From Armatimonadota bacterium (GTDB taxonomy: Bacteria > Armatimonadota > Fimbriimonadia > Fimbriimonadales > ATM1): a stretch of DNA of 31,775 nt. Positions 8,262 through 18,669 of this stretch are shown piece by piece. Made by a program: the position numbers and the translations under genes. Within the stretch, counting starts at the first letter, position 1. Every line of letters begins with the position of its first letter. Below the pieces are notes generated by a model. The model was not told the origin of the DNA. It ran no database searches and saw nothing but the letters and a program-made list of their open reading frames with translations. The stretch is from the NCBI GenBank assembly GCA_003695835.1, contig RFHN01000150.1, forward strand, positions 1 through 31,775. Reading direction: 5' to 3'.

Positions 8262-8288
8262 TGTGATTTCCGCGAGACCTGCCGACAA
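8262..8288 (+). promoter_or_regulatory. Possible sigma-28 (FliA/SigD)-type promoter for the flagellar hook unit
   Basis: GCCGACAA at 8281-8288 resembles the sigma-28 -10 GCCGATAA. The -35 match is weak (TGTGATTT against TAAAGTTT). Confidence 0.3.
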
Positions 8289-8326
8289 TTCAGTCGGGAA
8301 CGAATCCTTTCAAGGAGGTGCAAACC

Positions 8327-9970
8327 ATGCAAGTCAACCTTGCAGCCACAGCTCTAACGGCGCTCGGCATCGATCCGAGCAGCCGAGCGGCTGGGCAACC
8401 CACGGATGTCGCGACCGTCGCCGCTACGGAGGCCGCCGCGATGAGCGTCCCGAGCAAGGAGGAGCAGAAGCTGGACAGCGCTCTTGCGTCCGCCCTCTCC
8501 GCTCTGATGACGCAAGTCGCCGCGTCCTCTCCGAAGCAAACGGAGGCTGCGGCAGTCCAACCGATCGTCCCTGAGACGGAGGCGGCGAAGACCCCCTCCG
8601 CTACGTCCGTTGCGCTGGATACGAAGTCGGACCTCGCGTCTGTCGGCACCACCGCGGCCGGAACACCGGTCGCCGAGCCACAGCAGCCGCTGGAGACTTC
8701 TGTGCGCGAGGTCTCGACGGTTCCTCCGCACGACAGCGATGCGCCGGACTCGCCGCTGCCAGCCTTCGAGCCAAAACCCACGGAGGTGAAGGCGGCGTCA
8801 GAGACCAGCGCGGACACCGACCTTTCTGCGATCGCCGAGCGCTTCGCAAAGGAAGTCGCCTCTCGGTTAGAGAAGGCTTCTCCGACCCGCGAAAAGGCTC
8901 CGGCAGAGCGCGCACCCGACAAGACCCAAGCGGCCGAGAATCTGCCGCCGACGCTGAAGCGACTTCTGTCGCATCTGCCTTCTGAGGTGCGGGAACTCTT
9001 CACGACGCTCCGCGGCATGTCTCAGCGCATGCTTCGCGACGGAGCCTCTTTCAACGAGGTTGCCGCTGCGTTCCGTGCAGCTCTGAAGTCAACCGTTCGG
9101 TACGCGCACACGATCGAGGTTGCGACGCAAGTGCGGTCACGGCCGGACGTCGCGAACTCAGCGACCACGGCTGCGCACGCTGCGAGCGAAGCTGCCAACC
9201 AAACGGCGCGTTCGACCGAAGCAGCTGACAACCCGCTTGCGGGCATCTTCAGCAAGCGCGGCGAGAAGATCAGCCCGATGGCCCCGACGGCGATCGGCGA
9301 CGTCGTCCCGACAACCGCGAAGACCGAGGCTGCCAAGGCCCCCGAAGTCATCACCGACGTGCGCACGCTCCGACTCCAGGAACTGGCGTCGGAGGTCGGG
9401 CACATCGGGCGAGACGACCAGGGCCGGGAGGATGGCGCGGTCAAGCCAGCGACCAAGACGGAGGCCGCCGACGCACACGGCGCCCCCTTCTCCGTGCGCG
9501 ACTTGCCCTCTCACACCCAACCGGACACCGTAGCCAAGGCGAGCACCGAGGCGCGATTCCAAGAGGTGGCCACGAAGGTCCTGGAGCAGGCGTCGGAACT
9601 CGCGGCCCAGGGCGGCAAGCGAACGCTCACCGTTCGCCTCGACCCACCCGAGCTGGGCACGGTGGACATCACGATCCACTCGCGCGGATCGAAAGTGGAG
9701 GCGCACATCGTGGCGGCCAATTCCGAGGTTCGCTTCGCAGTCGAAGGCAACCGGCAGGCGCTGACCGAGGCGCTGGCGCGCCACGGCCTCGAGCTGAGCA
9801 GCCTGCTCGTCGGCAGCGACCGGCCGGGCGGCGGATCCTCGCGTCACACGGAGGCTGCGTTCCAGCCTCCGGCCTACCGCTTCGAGCCGGAGGCAGCGCT
9901 GACCGAGGCAGTGTCGCGATCAGCCGCGCGCTGGGCGTGGCAGGTCGGGGCGCTCGACTACGTCATTTAG
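8327..9970 (+). CDS. fliK: Flagellar hook-length control protein
   Basis: Long Ala/Pro/Thr-rich N-terminus; C-terminal FliK domain 'LTVRLDPPELGTVDITI...VRFAVEGNRQALTEALARHGL'; SD AAGGAGG 8 nt before ATG 8327; directly upstream of flgD. Confidence 0.88.
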   Translation: MQVNLAATALTALGIDPSSRAAGQPTDVATVAATEAAAMSVPSKEEQKLDSALASALSALMTQVAASSPKQTEAAAVQPIVPETEAAKTPSATSVALDTKSDLASVGTTAAGTPVAEPQQPLETSVREVSTVPPHDSDAPDSPLPAFEPKPTEVKAASETSADTDLSAIAERFAKEVASRLEKASPTREKAPAERAPDKTQAAENLPPTLKRLLSHLPSEVRELFTTLRGMSQRMLRDGASFNEVAAAFRAALKSTVRYAHTIEVATQVRSRPDVANSATTAAHAASEAANQTARSTEAADNPLAGIFSKRGEKISPMAPTAIGDVVPTTAKTEAAKAPEVITDVRTLRLQELASEVGHIGRDDQGREDGAVKPATKTEAADAHGAPFSVRDLPSHTQPDTVAKASTEARFQEVATKVLEQASELAAQGGKRTLTVRLDPPELGTVDITIHSRGSKVEAHIVAANSEVRFAVEGNRQALTEALARHGLELSSLLVGSDRPGGGSSRHTEAAFQPPAYRFEPEAALTEAVSRSAARWAWQVGALDYVI

Positions 9971-9979
9971 GAGGAATCT

Positions 9980-10378
9980 ATGGAGATACCCGGAACTCGT
10001 AACGACTACATCCTTCCGGACCCTCCCGCCCAACGGGAGACGTTTCTGGATCAGAGCGCGTTCCTGAAGTTGCTGACGGTTCAGTTGGCAACCCAGGATC
10101 CGCTCCAGCCGATGAACGACCGTGACTTCTTCGCGCAGCTCGCGCAGATGGGCATGGTGCAGGGGCTGGACCGGCTTCAGCGTAACCTATCGCTGACGCA
10201 GGGGGCTTCGCTCATCGGCAAACGGGTTGAGGTTTCCGTCCCATTCGCCGAAGATATCGGTGGAAATACGGTGACGGGAACGGTCGAGTCTGTGGTCGTG
10301 GATAACAACCGCGTGTACGTGGTTGTGAACGGCGGCCGCTACCCGATCGAGAACATCGTCACGATCCTACCGGAGTGA
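9980..10378 (+). CDS. flgD: Flagellar hook capping protein
   Basis: 'FLKLLTVQLATQDPLQPMNDRDFFAQLAQM', 'ASLIGKRV'; SD AGGAGG. Confidence 0.93.
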   Translation: MEIPGTRNDYILPDPPAQRETFLDQSAFLKLLTVQLATQDPLQPMNDRDFFAQLAQMGMVQGLDRLQRNLSLTQGASLIGKRVEVSVPFAEDIGGNTVTGTVESVVVDNNRVYVVVNGGRYPIENIVTILPE

Positions 10379-10767
10379 AGATGAGCGAACCGATCCTCAA
10401 TCCGAAAGTTCAGGAACTCGTCCACGGGACACAGGTCGCGCCGCAGAGATCTGCGACACAACCGAAACCCGCTCAGGGCGAAAAGACGTTTTCCCAGGTC
10501 CTCGAAGAGCAACAGGGTCTCCGACTCTCGGGCCACGCGGCAACGCGCCTCAAGAGCCGGAATATCCAGCTCGGAGCGGAAGACTGGGAGCGCATTCGAG
10601 AAGGGGTGGACCGCGCAGCCAGCAAAGGAAGCCGCGAGAGCCTCATTCTCATGAACGACGTTGCTTTGGTCGTCAGCGTGAAGAACCGTACGGTGATCAC
10701 CGCTGTCGCGAAGGAGCAACTGAGGGAGAACGTGTTCACGAACATTGACAGCGCCGTCATTCTGTAA
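10375..10767 (+). CDS. Flagellar operon protein (TIGR02530-like)
   Basis: 'LRLSGHAATRLKSRNI', 'KGSRESLILMNDVALVVSVKNRTVITA', 'NVFTNIDSAVIL'; lies between flgD and flgE. Confidence 0.88.
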   Translation: MKMSEPILNPKVQELVHGTQVAPQRSATQPKPAQGEKTFSQVLEEQQGLRLSGHAATRLKSRNIQLGAEDWERIREGVDRAASKGSRESLILMNDVALVVSVKNRTVITAVAKEQLRENVFTNIDSAVIL

Positions 10768-10771
10768 GGTT

Positions 10772-10870
10772 GCCGGACCCGCGTCCGCTTCAGCGGCCGG
10801 GAGGCGCCCCATGGCTCTCGACAGATGACGTTGCTGTCTCCATACCACAAAAAACAACAAACTATGGAGG
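10772..10870 (+). promoter_or_regulatory. Structured intergenic leader of flgE with an anti-SD
   Basis: Nested stems at 10772-10805; GACAG/CTGTC stem at 10820-10838; CTCCATA (10838-10844) is complementary to TATGGAG (10863-10869) over the SD. Confidence 0.4.
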
Positions 10871-10880
10871 TGCAACTGAA

Positions 10881-12161
10881 ATGCTTCAAGCCTTGCTTGC
10901 TGGCGTAGCCAGCATTCGCGCGCAGCAAACGCGCATGAACGTCATCAGCAACAACCTGGCCAACGTCAACACGACCGCGTTCAAGAGCAGCCGCGTTACG
11001 TTCCAGGAGATCGTCGCCCAAACGATTCGCGGCGCGAGCCGTCCGCAGCCGGGCAGTATCGGCGGTACGAACCCCGTCCAGTACGGCCTTGGTGTCGCGG
11101 TGGCGGGAACGGACACGAACCTCGATCAGGGTTCGCTGCAGTCCACGAACCGTCAGACGGACCTCGCGATCCAGGGAACAGGCTTCTTCCTCGTTTCGAA
11201 CGGCGAACGGATCGCCTACACGCGAGACGGCGCCTTCGACCTGGACGCAGAAGGGTCGCTCGTCATGCGAAGCACGGGAGAAAAACTGCTCGGATGGCCG
11301 GCTGACCAGGACGGAAACGTGGATACCGGCATTCCGATTGACGCAGCGAGCAGCATCCGAATCCCCATCGGACAGCTCAACGCCGTGCAGGCAACGACCC
11401 AAGCCGGGTTCTCCGGCAACTTGGACTCAAACGCAGGGCCGACAGCCGTATGGCAGACCCGGTTCCGCGTCTACGACACGTTGGGATCTCCCCACGACAT
11501 TGACATCGAGTTCAACAACCACACGTTGAATCCGCCGAGCCCGCCGGCGCCCGCTGGCGCTGTGGCGAGCTGGGATTGGGTCGCCACCGAAAACGGTAAC
11601 CCGGTCGGATCGTCGTCTACGACCGGCGAACCCCTCTACTTCGACGCAGATGGCAACCTGATCAACGCAGGGGCTGCTCAGGACCTCGACATCCCGGGAT
11701 CCGGCGGCTCCCCGAACTTCGCCGTTCGGTTGAACTTCGACGACATCACTCAACTCGCTACGGCGAGCCAAGTCCAGCTCGCAAGCCAGAACGGCTTCCC
11801 GCCCGGTTCGTTGGCGAACTTCTCGATCGGCGTGGACGGCACGATCACCGGCCTCTTCACGAACGGCCTTACGCGGGCGCTGGCTCGCATCGCGATGGCG
11901 ATCTTCTCGAACCCGGCCGGTCTGGAGCGCGTCGGAAACAACCTCTGGCGCGCGACGGACAACTCCGGCGTCGCCACGATCGGGTCGCCTCGTTCCGGCG
12001 GACGCGGGGGCATCACGGCCGGCTTCCTCGAGCAGTCGAACGTGGACATCGGAAACGAGTTCACCGAACTCATCGTCACGCAACGGGGGTTCCAGGCGAA
12101 CACTCGAATCGTCACGACTGTGGACGAGATGCTGCAAGATCTGATGAACATGAAGCGGTAA
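10881..12161 (+). CDS. flgE: Flagellar hook protein
   Basis: 'MNVISNNLANVNTTAFKSSRVTF', 'TDLAIQGTGFF', 'YTRDGAFDLD', 'LEQSNVDIGNEFTELIVTQRGFQAN'; SD GGAGG before ATG 10881. Confidence 0.95.
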   Translation: MLQALLAGVASIRAQQTRMNVISNNLANVNTTAFKSSRVTFQEIVAQTIRGASRPQPGSIGGTNPVQYGLGVAVAGTDTNLDQGSLQSTNRQTDLAIQGTGFFLVSNGERIAYTRDGAFDLDAEGSLVMRSTGEKLLGWPADQDGNVDTGIPIDAASSIRIPIGQLNAVQATTQAGFSGNLDSNAGPTAVWQTRFRVYDTLGSPHDIDIEFNNHTLNPPSPPAPAGAVASWDWVATENGNPVGSSSTTGEPLYFDADGNLINAGAAQDLDIPGSGGSPNFAVRLNFDDITQLATASQVQLASQNGFPPGSLANFSIGVDGTITGLFTNGLTRALARIAMAIFSNPAGLERVGNNLWRATDNSGVATIGSPRSGGRGGITAGFLEQSNVDIGNEFTELIVTQRGFQANTRIVTTVDEMLQDLMNMKR

Positions 12162-12179
12162 TCGCCCACACATCCGCTC

Positions 12180-12219
12180 GCAAGAGCCTCCCGTCCGTGC
12201 GGGCGGGGGGCTCGCTTGC
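12180..12219 (+). terminator. Strong GC hairpin after flgE (probable terminator, no canonical U-tract)
   Basis: GAGCCTCCCGTCCG pairs with CGGGCGGGGGGCTC (two G-U pairs), extended by GCAA/TTGC. Confidence 0.5.
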
Positions 12220-12242
12220 CAAGGCGGTCTATAATAGTGGCC

Positions 12243-13397
12243 ATGACAGCCCTCGCACGAGAGTTCACGGGCATCGAGGACATCCGCGAAAAGGTGGAAC
12301 GCGGCGAGCGATTGAGTTTCGAAGACGGTGTCCGGCTCTACCGTCACCCGAACCTAAGCGAAGTAGGCGCCCTTGCCAACCTGGTGCGAGAGCGCAAGCA
12401 CGGCGACAAGGCGTACTACGTTCGCAATCAACACATCAATTACACGAACATCTGCAACAAGTTCTGCAAATTCTGCTCGTTTTATGCCAAGAAGGGAGGT
12501 CCTGAACCGTACGAGATGAGCCTCGAAGAGGTTCGCCGAGTGGTTCGGAAATACAAGGACATCCGCATTACGGAGATCCACAGCGTCGGCGGAATCAATC
12601 CTCGGATTCCGTACGAGTATTACCTCGACTTCATTCGCGTGATCAAAGAGGAGCGCCCCGGCATACACGTGAAGGCGTTTACGGCGGTGGAGATCGTTCA
12701 GATCGCCGAGGTCGGCAAGAAATCCATCGAGGAAACACTGGCCGATCTCAAGGAAGCAGGCCTCGACAGCCTCCCCGGAGGGGGCATCGAGGTTTTGAGC
12801 GACCGCGTTCACCGAGAACTCTTCGGCCGGAAGTTGAACGGCGAAGAGTGGAAACGCGTGGCGCGAGCGGCCGCAGCGCTGGGCCTGCCTCAGTACGCGA
12901 CTATGTTGTATGGGCACATCGAAACGGTGGAAGAGCGCGTGGACCACCTCATCCAATTACGCGAACTTCAGGATGAGACGGGACACTTTCTTTGCATGAC
13001 GCCTCTTTCCTTCCACCCCGAGAAGACCGAACTCGAGCACATCCCTATGCCCACGGGCGAGATGGACCTGCGGAACATCGCGGTCTCGAGACTTCTGCTG
13101 GACAACTTCGACCACATCAAGAGCTTCTGGATCATGAACACGCCGGCCATCACGCAAATCGCACTCTGGTACGGAGCCGACGATTGCGACGGCACGGTGC
13201 TCGAGTACGAAATCACGTATGAGCCTGGCAAGTACGGCTACAAGAACCAAGCCCTGACTCCGGAAAACATGCGCTACATGATTCGCGAAGCCGGGCGCAC
13301 GCCCGTCGAACGCGACAGCCATTACAACGAGATTCCGTATGACGAGGAAGACGACACACCCCGCGGGTCTCGCATTCCCCTTCCGGTCGTGGGCTGA
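12243..13397 (+). CDS. mqnE: Aminofutalosine synthase (radical SAM, futalosine menaquinone pathway)
   Basis: NINYTNICNKFCKFC (CxxxCxxC), 'HVKAFTAVEI', 'PGGGIEVL', 'ATMLYGHIET', 'LLDNFDHIKSFW'. TATAAT lies 7 nt before ATG 12243. Confidence 0.88.
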   Translation: MTALAREFTGIEDIREKVERGERLSFEDGVRLYRHPNLSEVGALANLVRERKHGDKAYYVRNQHINYTNICNKFCKFCSFYAKKGGPEPYEMSLEEVRRVVRKYKDIRITEIHSVGGINPRIPYEYYLDFIRVIKEERPGIHVKAFTAVEIVQIAEVGKKSIEETLADLKEAGLDSLPGGGIEVLSDRVHRELFGRKLNGEEWKRVARAAAALGLPQYATMLYGHIETVEERVDHLIQLRELQDETGHFLCMTPLSFHPEKTELEHIPMPTGEMDLRNIAVSRLLLDNFDHIKSFWIMNTPAITQIALWYGADDCDGTVLEYEITYEPGKYGYKNQALTPENMRYMIREAGRTPVERDSHYNEIPYDEEDDTPRGSRIPLPVVG

Positions 13398-13401
13398 TTC
13401 G

Positions 13402-13842
13402 TTATTTCTTCGTAATCTTCACTGAGATCATCCGCTGGCCGGAGATGTTCGGCGCCATGATATCGAGAATCTGATCGCGGAACTCGAACCGGAGCTTGAG
13501 CTTTCTGCCGTCAATGAAGTACTCGCCCTCCGCGGTGCGGATCATGGGGTCCCGGCCGCGCGGCGGTGTTGTCTCGATGCTCGGGTCGTCGTCCATGTTG
13601 TCGTTGAAGGTGAGGTCCAGAGTAACGCGCCAGCGATCCTGCGCATCCGTGAACACATGCCCGAGTGTCAACCAGACCTCCCGCTCGACCGTCGGCAGCT
13701 TGACCTTCCCGTAGGCAAAGTCTCCGGTCTTGGCCTTGACCAGCTCCACCGGCTTCTTCCACACCAGCTTGGTGAACCCCTTGGGCGGATCCTGGACGGC
13801 GGGCCCGAAAAGTGCGAGAGAGGCGACGATTCCAGCCAACAT
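13402..13842 (-). CDS. Secreted hypothetical protein (146 aa)
   Basis: Signal-peptide-like [18 protein letters not shown]; TACAAT 6 nt upstream; the longer ORF start overlaps uvrA and was rejected. Confidence 0.7.
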   Translation of the reverse strand: MLAGIVASLALFGPAVQDPPKGFTKLVWKKPVELVKAKTGDFAYGKVKLPTVEREVWLTLGHVFTDAQDRWRVTLDLTFNDNMDDDPSIETTPPRGRDPMIRTAEGEYFIDGRKLKLRFEFRDQILDIMAPNISGQRMISVKITKK

Positions 13843-13891
13843 ACGAGTATTGTATCCGACTCGACGCCCAACCGGTACAATTCGAGAAAGA

Positions 13892-16783
13892 ATGCCCCAA
13901 GAGTGGATCGTCGTCCATGGCGCGAGACAGCATAACCTCAAGAACCTGAGCTTCCGGATCCCCCGCGACCGGTTGGTCGTGATCACGGGGCTCAGCGGTT
14001 CCGGCAAGTCTTCGCTCGCCTTCGATACGCTCTACGCCGAGGGTCAGCGTCGCTACGTCGAGTCGCTGAGCGCCTATGCGCGCCAGTTTCTGGGGCAGAT
14101 GGACAAACCCGACGTAGACCACATTGACGGGCTTTCCCCTGCAGTCAGCATTGACCAAAAGTCCACGAGTCGGAACCCTCGTTCCACCGTGGGGACCGTA
14201 ACCGAAGTCTACGACTACCTTCGCATTCTCTTCGCGCGCGCGGGCGAGCCGCACTGCCCCGGTTGCGGAAAGCCCATTCAGCGAATGACGGTGGAACAGA
14301 TCGTGGATGCTACGATGCTGTTCGGGGAAGGCGCACGCGTTCAGATCCTCGCGCCGGTGATACGGGGAAAGAAGGGCGAGTTCAAGTCCGTCATCCAAGA
14401 CATTGCCCGGCAGGGATACGTCCGCGTGCGAGTGGACGGGAAGATGTACGAGGTTACGGACGACATCCCGATGCATCGTTACAAGAAACACACGATCGAA
14501 GCGGTCGTGGATCGCCTGGTGCTGCGGGAGGACGCCCAGCAGCGCCTCGCCGAAAGCATCGAGACGGCGCTGAAGCTCAGCGACGGTTTGGTAACCGTCA
14601 GTGTGGTTGACGGCGAAGAGCGGCTCTTCAGCGAAAAGTTTTCTTGCCCAGATTGTGGCATTGCGCTGGGCGATATCGAGCCTCGCATGTTCTCGTTCAA
14701 CTCCCCCTATGGAGCGTGTCCTGAGTGCATGGGCCTGGGGACCAAGACGGAATTCGATCCCGAGCGAATCGTCCGCGACCCCGGCCTCCCCCTGAAAGAG
14801 GGCGCGTTGGCGCCGTTCGTACACAAGAACGGAGAGCTCAAGGAATGGTGGCCCGACCTATTCGAAGCGCTTGGAAGACATGTGGGCTTCGATGCATCAG
14901 CACCGTACCGCACACTGAGCGCCAAAGCGAAAGACGCGATCTTCCACGGTGTGCCGGAGCCAATCGTGGTCGAAGTCTCATACGGCCGGCGCACCCGACG
15001 CTACGAGACGACCTTCGAAGGGGTGCTGGCGCATCTGAAGAAACGGTACGAGAATACAGAAAGCGAATGGGTGAAGAGGGATTTGGAGCAGTACATGTCC
15101 ACCCGCCCTTGCCCGGTCTGCGAAGGCAAACGCCTCAAGCCCGAATCGCTCGCCGTTACGATTGACGGCAAGAATATCTCAGAAGTAACCGATCTCTCGG
15201 TTAGCGACGCGCTGGAGTTCTTCGAACAGCTGCCCGAAAGGTTGACGCCTCGCCAGCGAACGATCGGGGAACGAGCCATCCGCGAGATTCGAGAGCGCCT
15301 CGGCTTCCTCCAAGACGTCGGGTTGGGCTACCTGACCCTCTCCCGCAACGCCCGAACGTTGGCGGGTGGCGAAGCCCAACGGATCCGCCTCGCCACGCAA
15401 ATCGGCAGCGGGCTGATGGGCGTGCTCTACATACTCGACGAGCCTTCGATCGGATTACACCAGCGAGACAACTCCCGCCTCATCGAGACGCTTCTGCGAT
15501 TGAGAGACCTGGGCAACACCGTGATCGTCGTAGAGCACGACGAGGAGATGATCCGCACCGCCGACTGGGTACTCGACCTCGGACCTGGCGCCGGAGCGGA
15601 TGGCGGGGAGATCGTAGCCCAAGGGCCGTTGGAAGAATTCCTCGAATCCGATTCCCGAACGGCCAAGTACCTCCGTGGAGAACTTAGCATCCCGGTTCCA
15701 GCAGTGAGACGAGAACCAACCGCTTGGCTCACGCTCAAGGGTGCGAAGGGAAACAACCTGAAGAATCTCACGGTGAAGATCCCCCTCGGCGTCTTTGCTT
15801 GCGTGACCGGCGTATCCGGTTCAGGCAAGAGCACGCTGATTCAAGACACGCTTTATCCACGCCTGATGTACGAAATCTATGGGACTCGTGGGACTTGGGA
15901 GCCTCACGATGCGCTGGAAGGGGTCGAGAGAATTGATAAGGTCATTGATATTGATCAGTCACCGATTGGGCGCACACCTCGGAGCAACCCTGCCACGTAC
16001 ACCGGCGTGTTCGACATGATCCGCGAGCTGTTCGCCATGACGCCCGATGCGAAGATGCGCGGCTATAAGCCCGGGCGCTTCTCGTTCAACGTGAAGGGTG
16101 GGCGCTGCGAGGCCTGTAAAGGCGACGGCATCATCCGCATCGAGATGGTCTTCCTGCCGGACGTCTACGTCCCTTGTGAAGTCTGCAAGGGAAAGAGATA
16201 CAATCGAGAAACCCTCGAAATCCGATACAAAGGCAAGAACATCGCCGAAGTGTTGGAGATGACCATCCAAGAGGCGCTCGAGTTCTTCGCGCCAATCCCC
16301 AAAATCAAGCGCAAACTCCAGACGCTCGCTGACGTCGGACTGGGTTATGTGCATCTCGGACAGCCTGCCACAACCCTCAGCGGCGGGGAGGCGCAGCGGA
16401 TCAAGCTCTCCGCCGAGCTCGGCAAACGGAGCACGGGCCGTACGCTCTATATCCTCGACGAACCCACCACCGGCCTCCACTTCGAGGATATCCGCAAGCT
16501 CTTGGGCGTCCTCCATCGGCTTGTGGATCAGGGAAACACCGTCTTGGTCATCGAACACAATCTCGACGTGATTAAGACGGCGGACTGGATTCTCGACCTC
16601 GGGCCGGAGGGCGGCGACGCCGGTGGGGAACTCGTCTGTTGTGGAACGCCCGAACAGGTCGCCGCCTGCAAGCGCAGCCACACCGGCGCCTACTTGGCGA
16701 AGCTCCTTCACGGGCGAAGCGCGAACGGCAAGCCGAAACGAACCTCTTCCAAAAAGCGCAAAGCGAGGACCGGTACTCGATGA
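13892..16783 (+). CDS. uvrA: Excinuclease ABC subunit A
   Basis: 'GARQHNLKN', two Walker A motifs ([16 protein letters not shown]), zinc-finger CxxC pairs, two '[10 protein letters not shown]' signatures, 'LDEPSIGLH' and 'LDEPTTGLH'. Confidence 0.98.
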   Translation: MPQEWIVVHGARQHNLKNLSFRIPRDRLVVITGLSGSGKSSLAFDTLYAEGQRRYVESLSAYARQFLGQMDKPDVDHIDGLSPAVSIDQKSTSRNPRSTVGTVTEVYDYLRILFARAGEPHCPGCGKPIQRMTVEQIVDATMLFGEGARVQILAPVIRGKKGEFKSVIQDIARQGYVRVRVDGKMYEVTDDIPMHRYKKHTIEAVVDRLVLREDAQQRLAESIETALKLSDGLVTVSVVDGEERLFSEKFSCPDCGIALGDIEPRMFSFNSPYGACPECMGLGTKTEFDPERIVRDPGLPLKEGALAPFVHKNGELKEWWPDLFEALGRHVGFDASAPYRTLSAKAKDAIFHGVPEPIVVEVSYGRRTRRYETTFEGVLAHLKKRYENTESEWVKRDLEQYMSTRPCPVCEGKRLKPESLAVTIDGKNISEVTDLSVSDALEFFEQLPERLTPRQRTIGERAIREIRERLGFLQDVGLGYLTLSRNARTLAGGEAQRIRLATQIGSGLMGVLYILDEPSIGLHQRDNSRLIETLLRLRDLGNTVIVVEHDEEMIRTADWVLDLGPGAGADGGEIVAQGPLEEFLESDSRTAKYLRGELSIPVPAVRREPTAWLTLKGAKGNNLKNLTVKIPLGVFACVTGVSGSGKSTLIQDTLYPRLMYEIYGTRGTWEPHDALEGVERIDKVIDIDQSPIGRTPRSNPATYTGVFDMIRELFAMTPDAKMRGYKPGRFSFNVKGGRCEACKGDGIIRIEMVFLPDVYVPCEVCKGKRYNRETLEIRYKGKNIAEVLEMTIQEALEFFAPIPKIKRKLQTLADVGLGYVHLGQPATTLSGGEAQRIKLSAELGKRSTGRTLYILDEPTTGLHFEDIRKLLGVLHRLVDQGNTVLVIEHNLDVIKTADWILDLGPEGGDAGGELVCCGTPEQVAACKRSHTGAYLAKLLHGRSANGKPKRTSSKKRKARTGTR

Positions 16784-17193
16784 ACCGTTCGGCCGATACG
16801 CTTCTCGCTGCCATTTTGCTGTGGATGGTGTCCTTGCTCGCCGCCACCGTATTGATGATCGTATATGATGTCTTCACCCCCGCCTCTCTCGTTGTCGCCA
16901 GCCTCTCGACCGGCATCCCCGCCACGGTTCTCGCGGTCTCCTATCTTGCAAGCCGCGTCAACGCGCGACCCGAAAGCGCGCTGGAAGCGCTCGCCTTGGC
17001 GGGTTTGCAAACGTTGGGCACCGCGGCGACCTTGCAACTTCTCTTTTCCTTGGTTCCCGAGATCATCACCGACCCTGTCTGGTCGGGCGCAAAGGTCTTG
17101 CTCTACCGCTCTTCTGTCGCGGCTCTGTTGGTAACCGTCTCCGCCGCGCTCTTCGCCGCTCGCAGGCGAGAGCGAGAAGCCCAGGTAGACTGA
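16780..17193 (+). CDS. Small integral membrane protein (137 aa, about 4 TM helices)
   Basis: Four hydrophobic segments; the ATG overlaps the uvrA stop (ATGA). Confidence 0.75.
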   Translation: MNRSADTLLAAILLWMVSLLAATVLMIVYDVFTPASLVVASLSTGIPATVLAVSYLASRVNARPESALEALALAGLQTLGTAATLQLLFSLVPEIITDPVWSGAKVLLYRSSVAALLVTVSAALFAARRREREAQVD

Positions 17194-17201
17194 CAGCGAA
17201 G

Positions 17202-18128
17202 ATGCTCACGCTCTTCGGCATCCAGAATCGCCGGATTTCAACCCTCCCACCCACCTGCGTCACCATCGGTGTCTTCGATGGAGTGCATCTGGGTCATCAG
17301 GAGGTGATCCGCAGGGGCGTCGCGGAAGCGCGAGCCGCGGGCTTGCCTGCCGTCGTCTTGACCTTCGACCGGCACCCCCTGGAACTGCTTCGACCGGAGC
17401 AGGCGCCAGACCTTCTTTCCAGCCTTTGCCAGCGCTTGAGGATTTTTGAATCACTCGAGGTGGACATCACGGTGGTTCTTCCGTTCGATCCGCCTCTGGC
17501 GCAGCTGACGCACGAAGAGTTCTATCGCCAGGTTCTGAAGGAAGCGTTGCACGCCGAGAGAGTGGTGGTCGGACACGACTTCGGATTCGGCCGAGGTCGG
17601 TCCGGCAGTGCGGAGTGGTTGGCCACTCAACTCCCAACGACGATTGTCCAGCCGGTGACCGCGAACGGCGAACGGATCAGCTCTTCCGCAATACGCGCTC
17701 GAATCGCGGAGGGCGACGTGGAAGACGCAGCCCAACGCTTGGGGCGGTGGTATGCGGTGGAGGGTGTCGTCGTACCGGGGAACCAACTCGGCTCGCGTCT
17801 CGAGATGCCCACGGCGAACCTGGCCCTCGTGGAGCGGTACGTGATTCCGGCGGAAGGCGTTTACGCCGGCTGGGCGCGACTCGGCAGCCAACTGTATGAA
17901 GCGGCGATCTCCGTCGGCGAGCGACCCTCGATTCCCGGCGCCGGATTCGCAATCGAAGCCCATCTGATCGGATATGAGGGAGAAGCGTTGTATGGAAGAG
18001 CGATCGAGCTGGAGTTCGTTCGCCTGGTTCGCTCGCAAGAGCGGTTCGACGATCTGGAGATTCTCGCAATGAAGATGAAAGAGGATGTAGAGAAGGTGCA
18101 CGCGGTTCTGGAGGGGTTACGTGCCTAA
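17202..18128 (+). CDS. ribF: Bifunctional riboflavin kinase / FAD synthetase
   Basis: 'IGVFDGVHLGHQ', 'VVVGHDFGFGRGRSG', 'ISSSAIR', 'PTANL', 'EAHLIG'. Confidence 0.95.
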   Translation: MLTLFGIQNRRISTLPPTCVTIGVFDGVHLGHQEVIRRGVAEARAAGLPAVVLTFDRHPLELLRPEQAPDLLSSLCQRLRIFESLEVDITVVLPFDPPLAQLTHEEFYRQVLKEALHAERVVVGHDFGFGRGRSGSAEWLATQLPTTIVQPVTANGERISSSAIRARIAEGDVEDAAQRLGRWYAVEGVVVPGNQLGSRLEMPTANLALVERYVIPAEGVYAGWARLGSQLYEAAISVGERPSIPGAGFAIEAHLIGYEGEALYGRAIELEFVRLVRSQERFDDLEILAMKMKEDVEKVHAVLEGLRA

Positions 18129-18657
18129 GCTTCCCGTTTGGATGTGGGCCGCCATCATCGGTCTTCTCGGCCTGCTGACGTTGATGGTCGTGAACCTCGT
18201 CGCTGTCCTCCAAAAGCCGAGCGACGAGGAACAGATTCGAATCGCCCTCGAGGAGATGCGCCAGGCTTCGCTGGAGGGCCGCACCGGCGGTGTGCTCCAG
18301 TATATCTCGGACAGTATCGAATTGCCGAGCCTCTCCCCCGAGCAAGAGCTTTACGCGTCGAGCGCGAAATCTCAGATCGCCAGGTTCCTCCGTCAGGCGA
18401 AGATTATGCGCCTCGAGTTCAAGGATGTCTCCATCCGCGTGGAGGGCTCGACCGCGTTCGTCGAGTGCGCGATCGAGGCCGACCTTTCGTACCCTGCGCT
18501 GGGAGAGCTTTCCCCGCGATTCCCGCGCGTCGTGATGGAGTTTCGGCGCGAAGAGGGCAAGAGACTGCTCGTCATTCCCGATCCCGTGTGGCGCGTCGTC
18601 CGATTCCAGCCGATCCAGCTCAGCGACATACGCGGCCTGCCGTGGATAGGCGGGTAA
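18121..18657 (+). CDS. Membrane-anchored hypothetical protein, possibly NTF2/SnoaL-like
   Basis: N-terminal TM helix, then 'EEQIRIALEEMRQA..GVLQYISD' and beta-strands ending 'WRVVR'. The GTG start overlaps the ribF end. Confidence 0.65.
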   Translation: MPKLPVWMWAAIIGLLGLLTLMVVNLVAVLQKPSDEEQIRIALEEMRQASLEGRTGGVLQYISDSIELPSLSPEQELYASSAKSQIARFLRQAKIMRLEFKDVSIRVEGSTAFVECAIEADLSYPALGELSPRFPRVVMEFRREEGKRLLVIPDPVWRVVRFQPIQLSDIRGLPWIGG

Positions 18658-18669
18658 CCTGCGTACCCG

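Noticed and set aside
13843-13891. Possible LexA/SOS box before uvrA
   Set aside because: No GAAC-N4-GTTC or CTGT-N8-ACAG. The ATTGTA...TACAAT inverted pair is explained by two divergent -10 elements.
13511-14824. 437-aa minus-strand ORF
   Set aside because: Antisense to uvrA with no recognisable domain.
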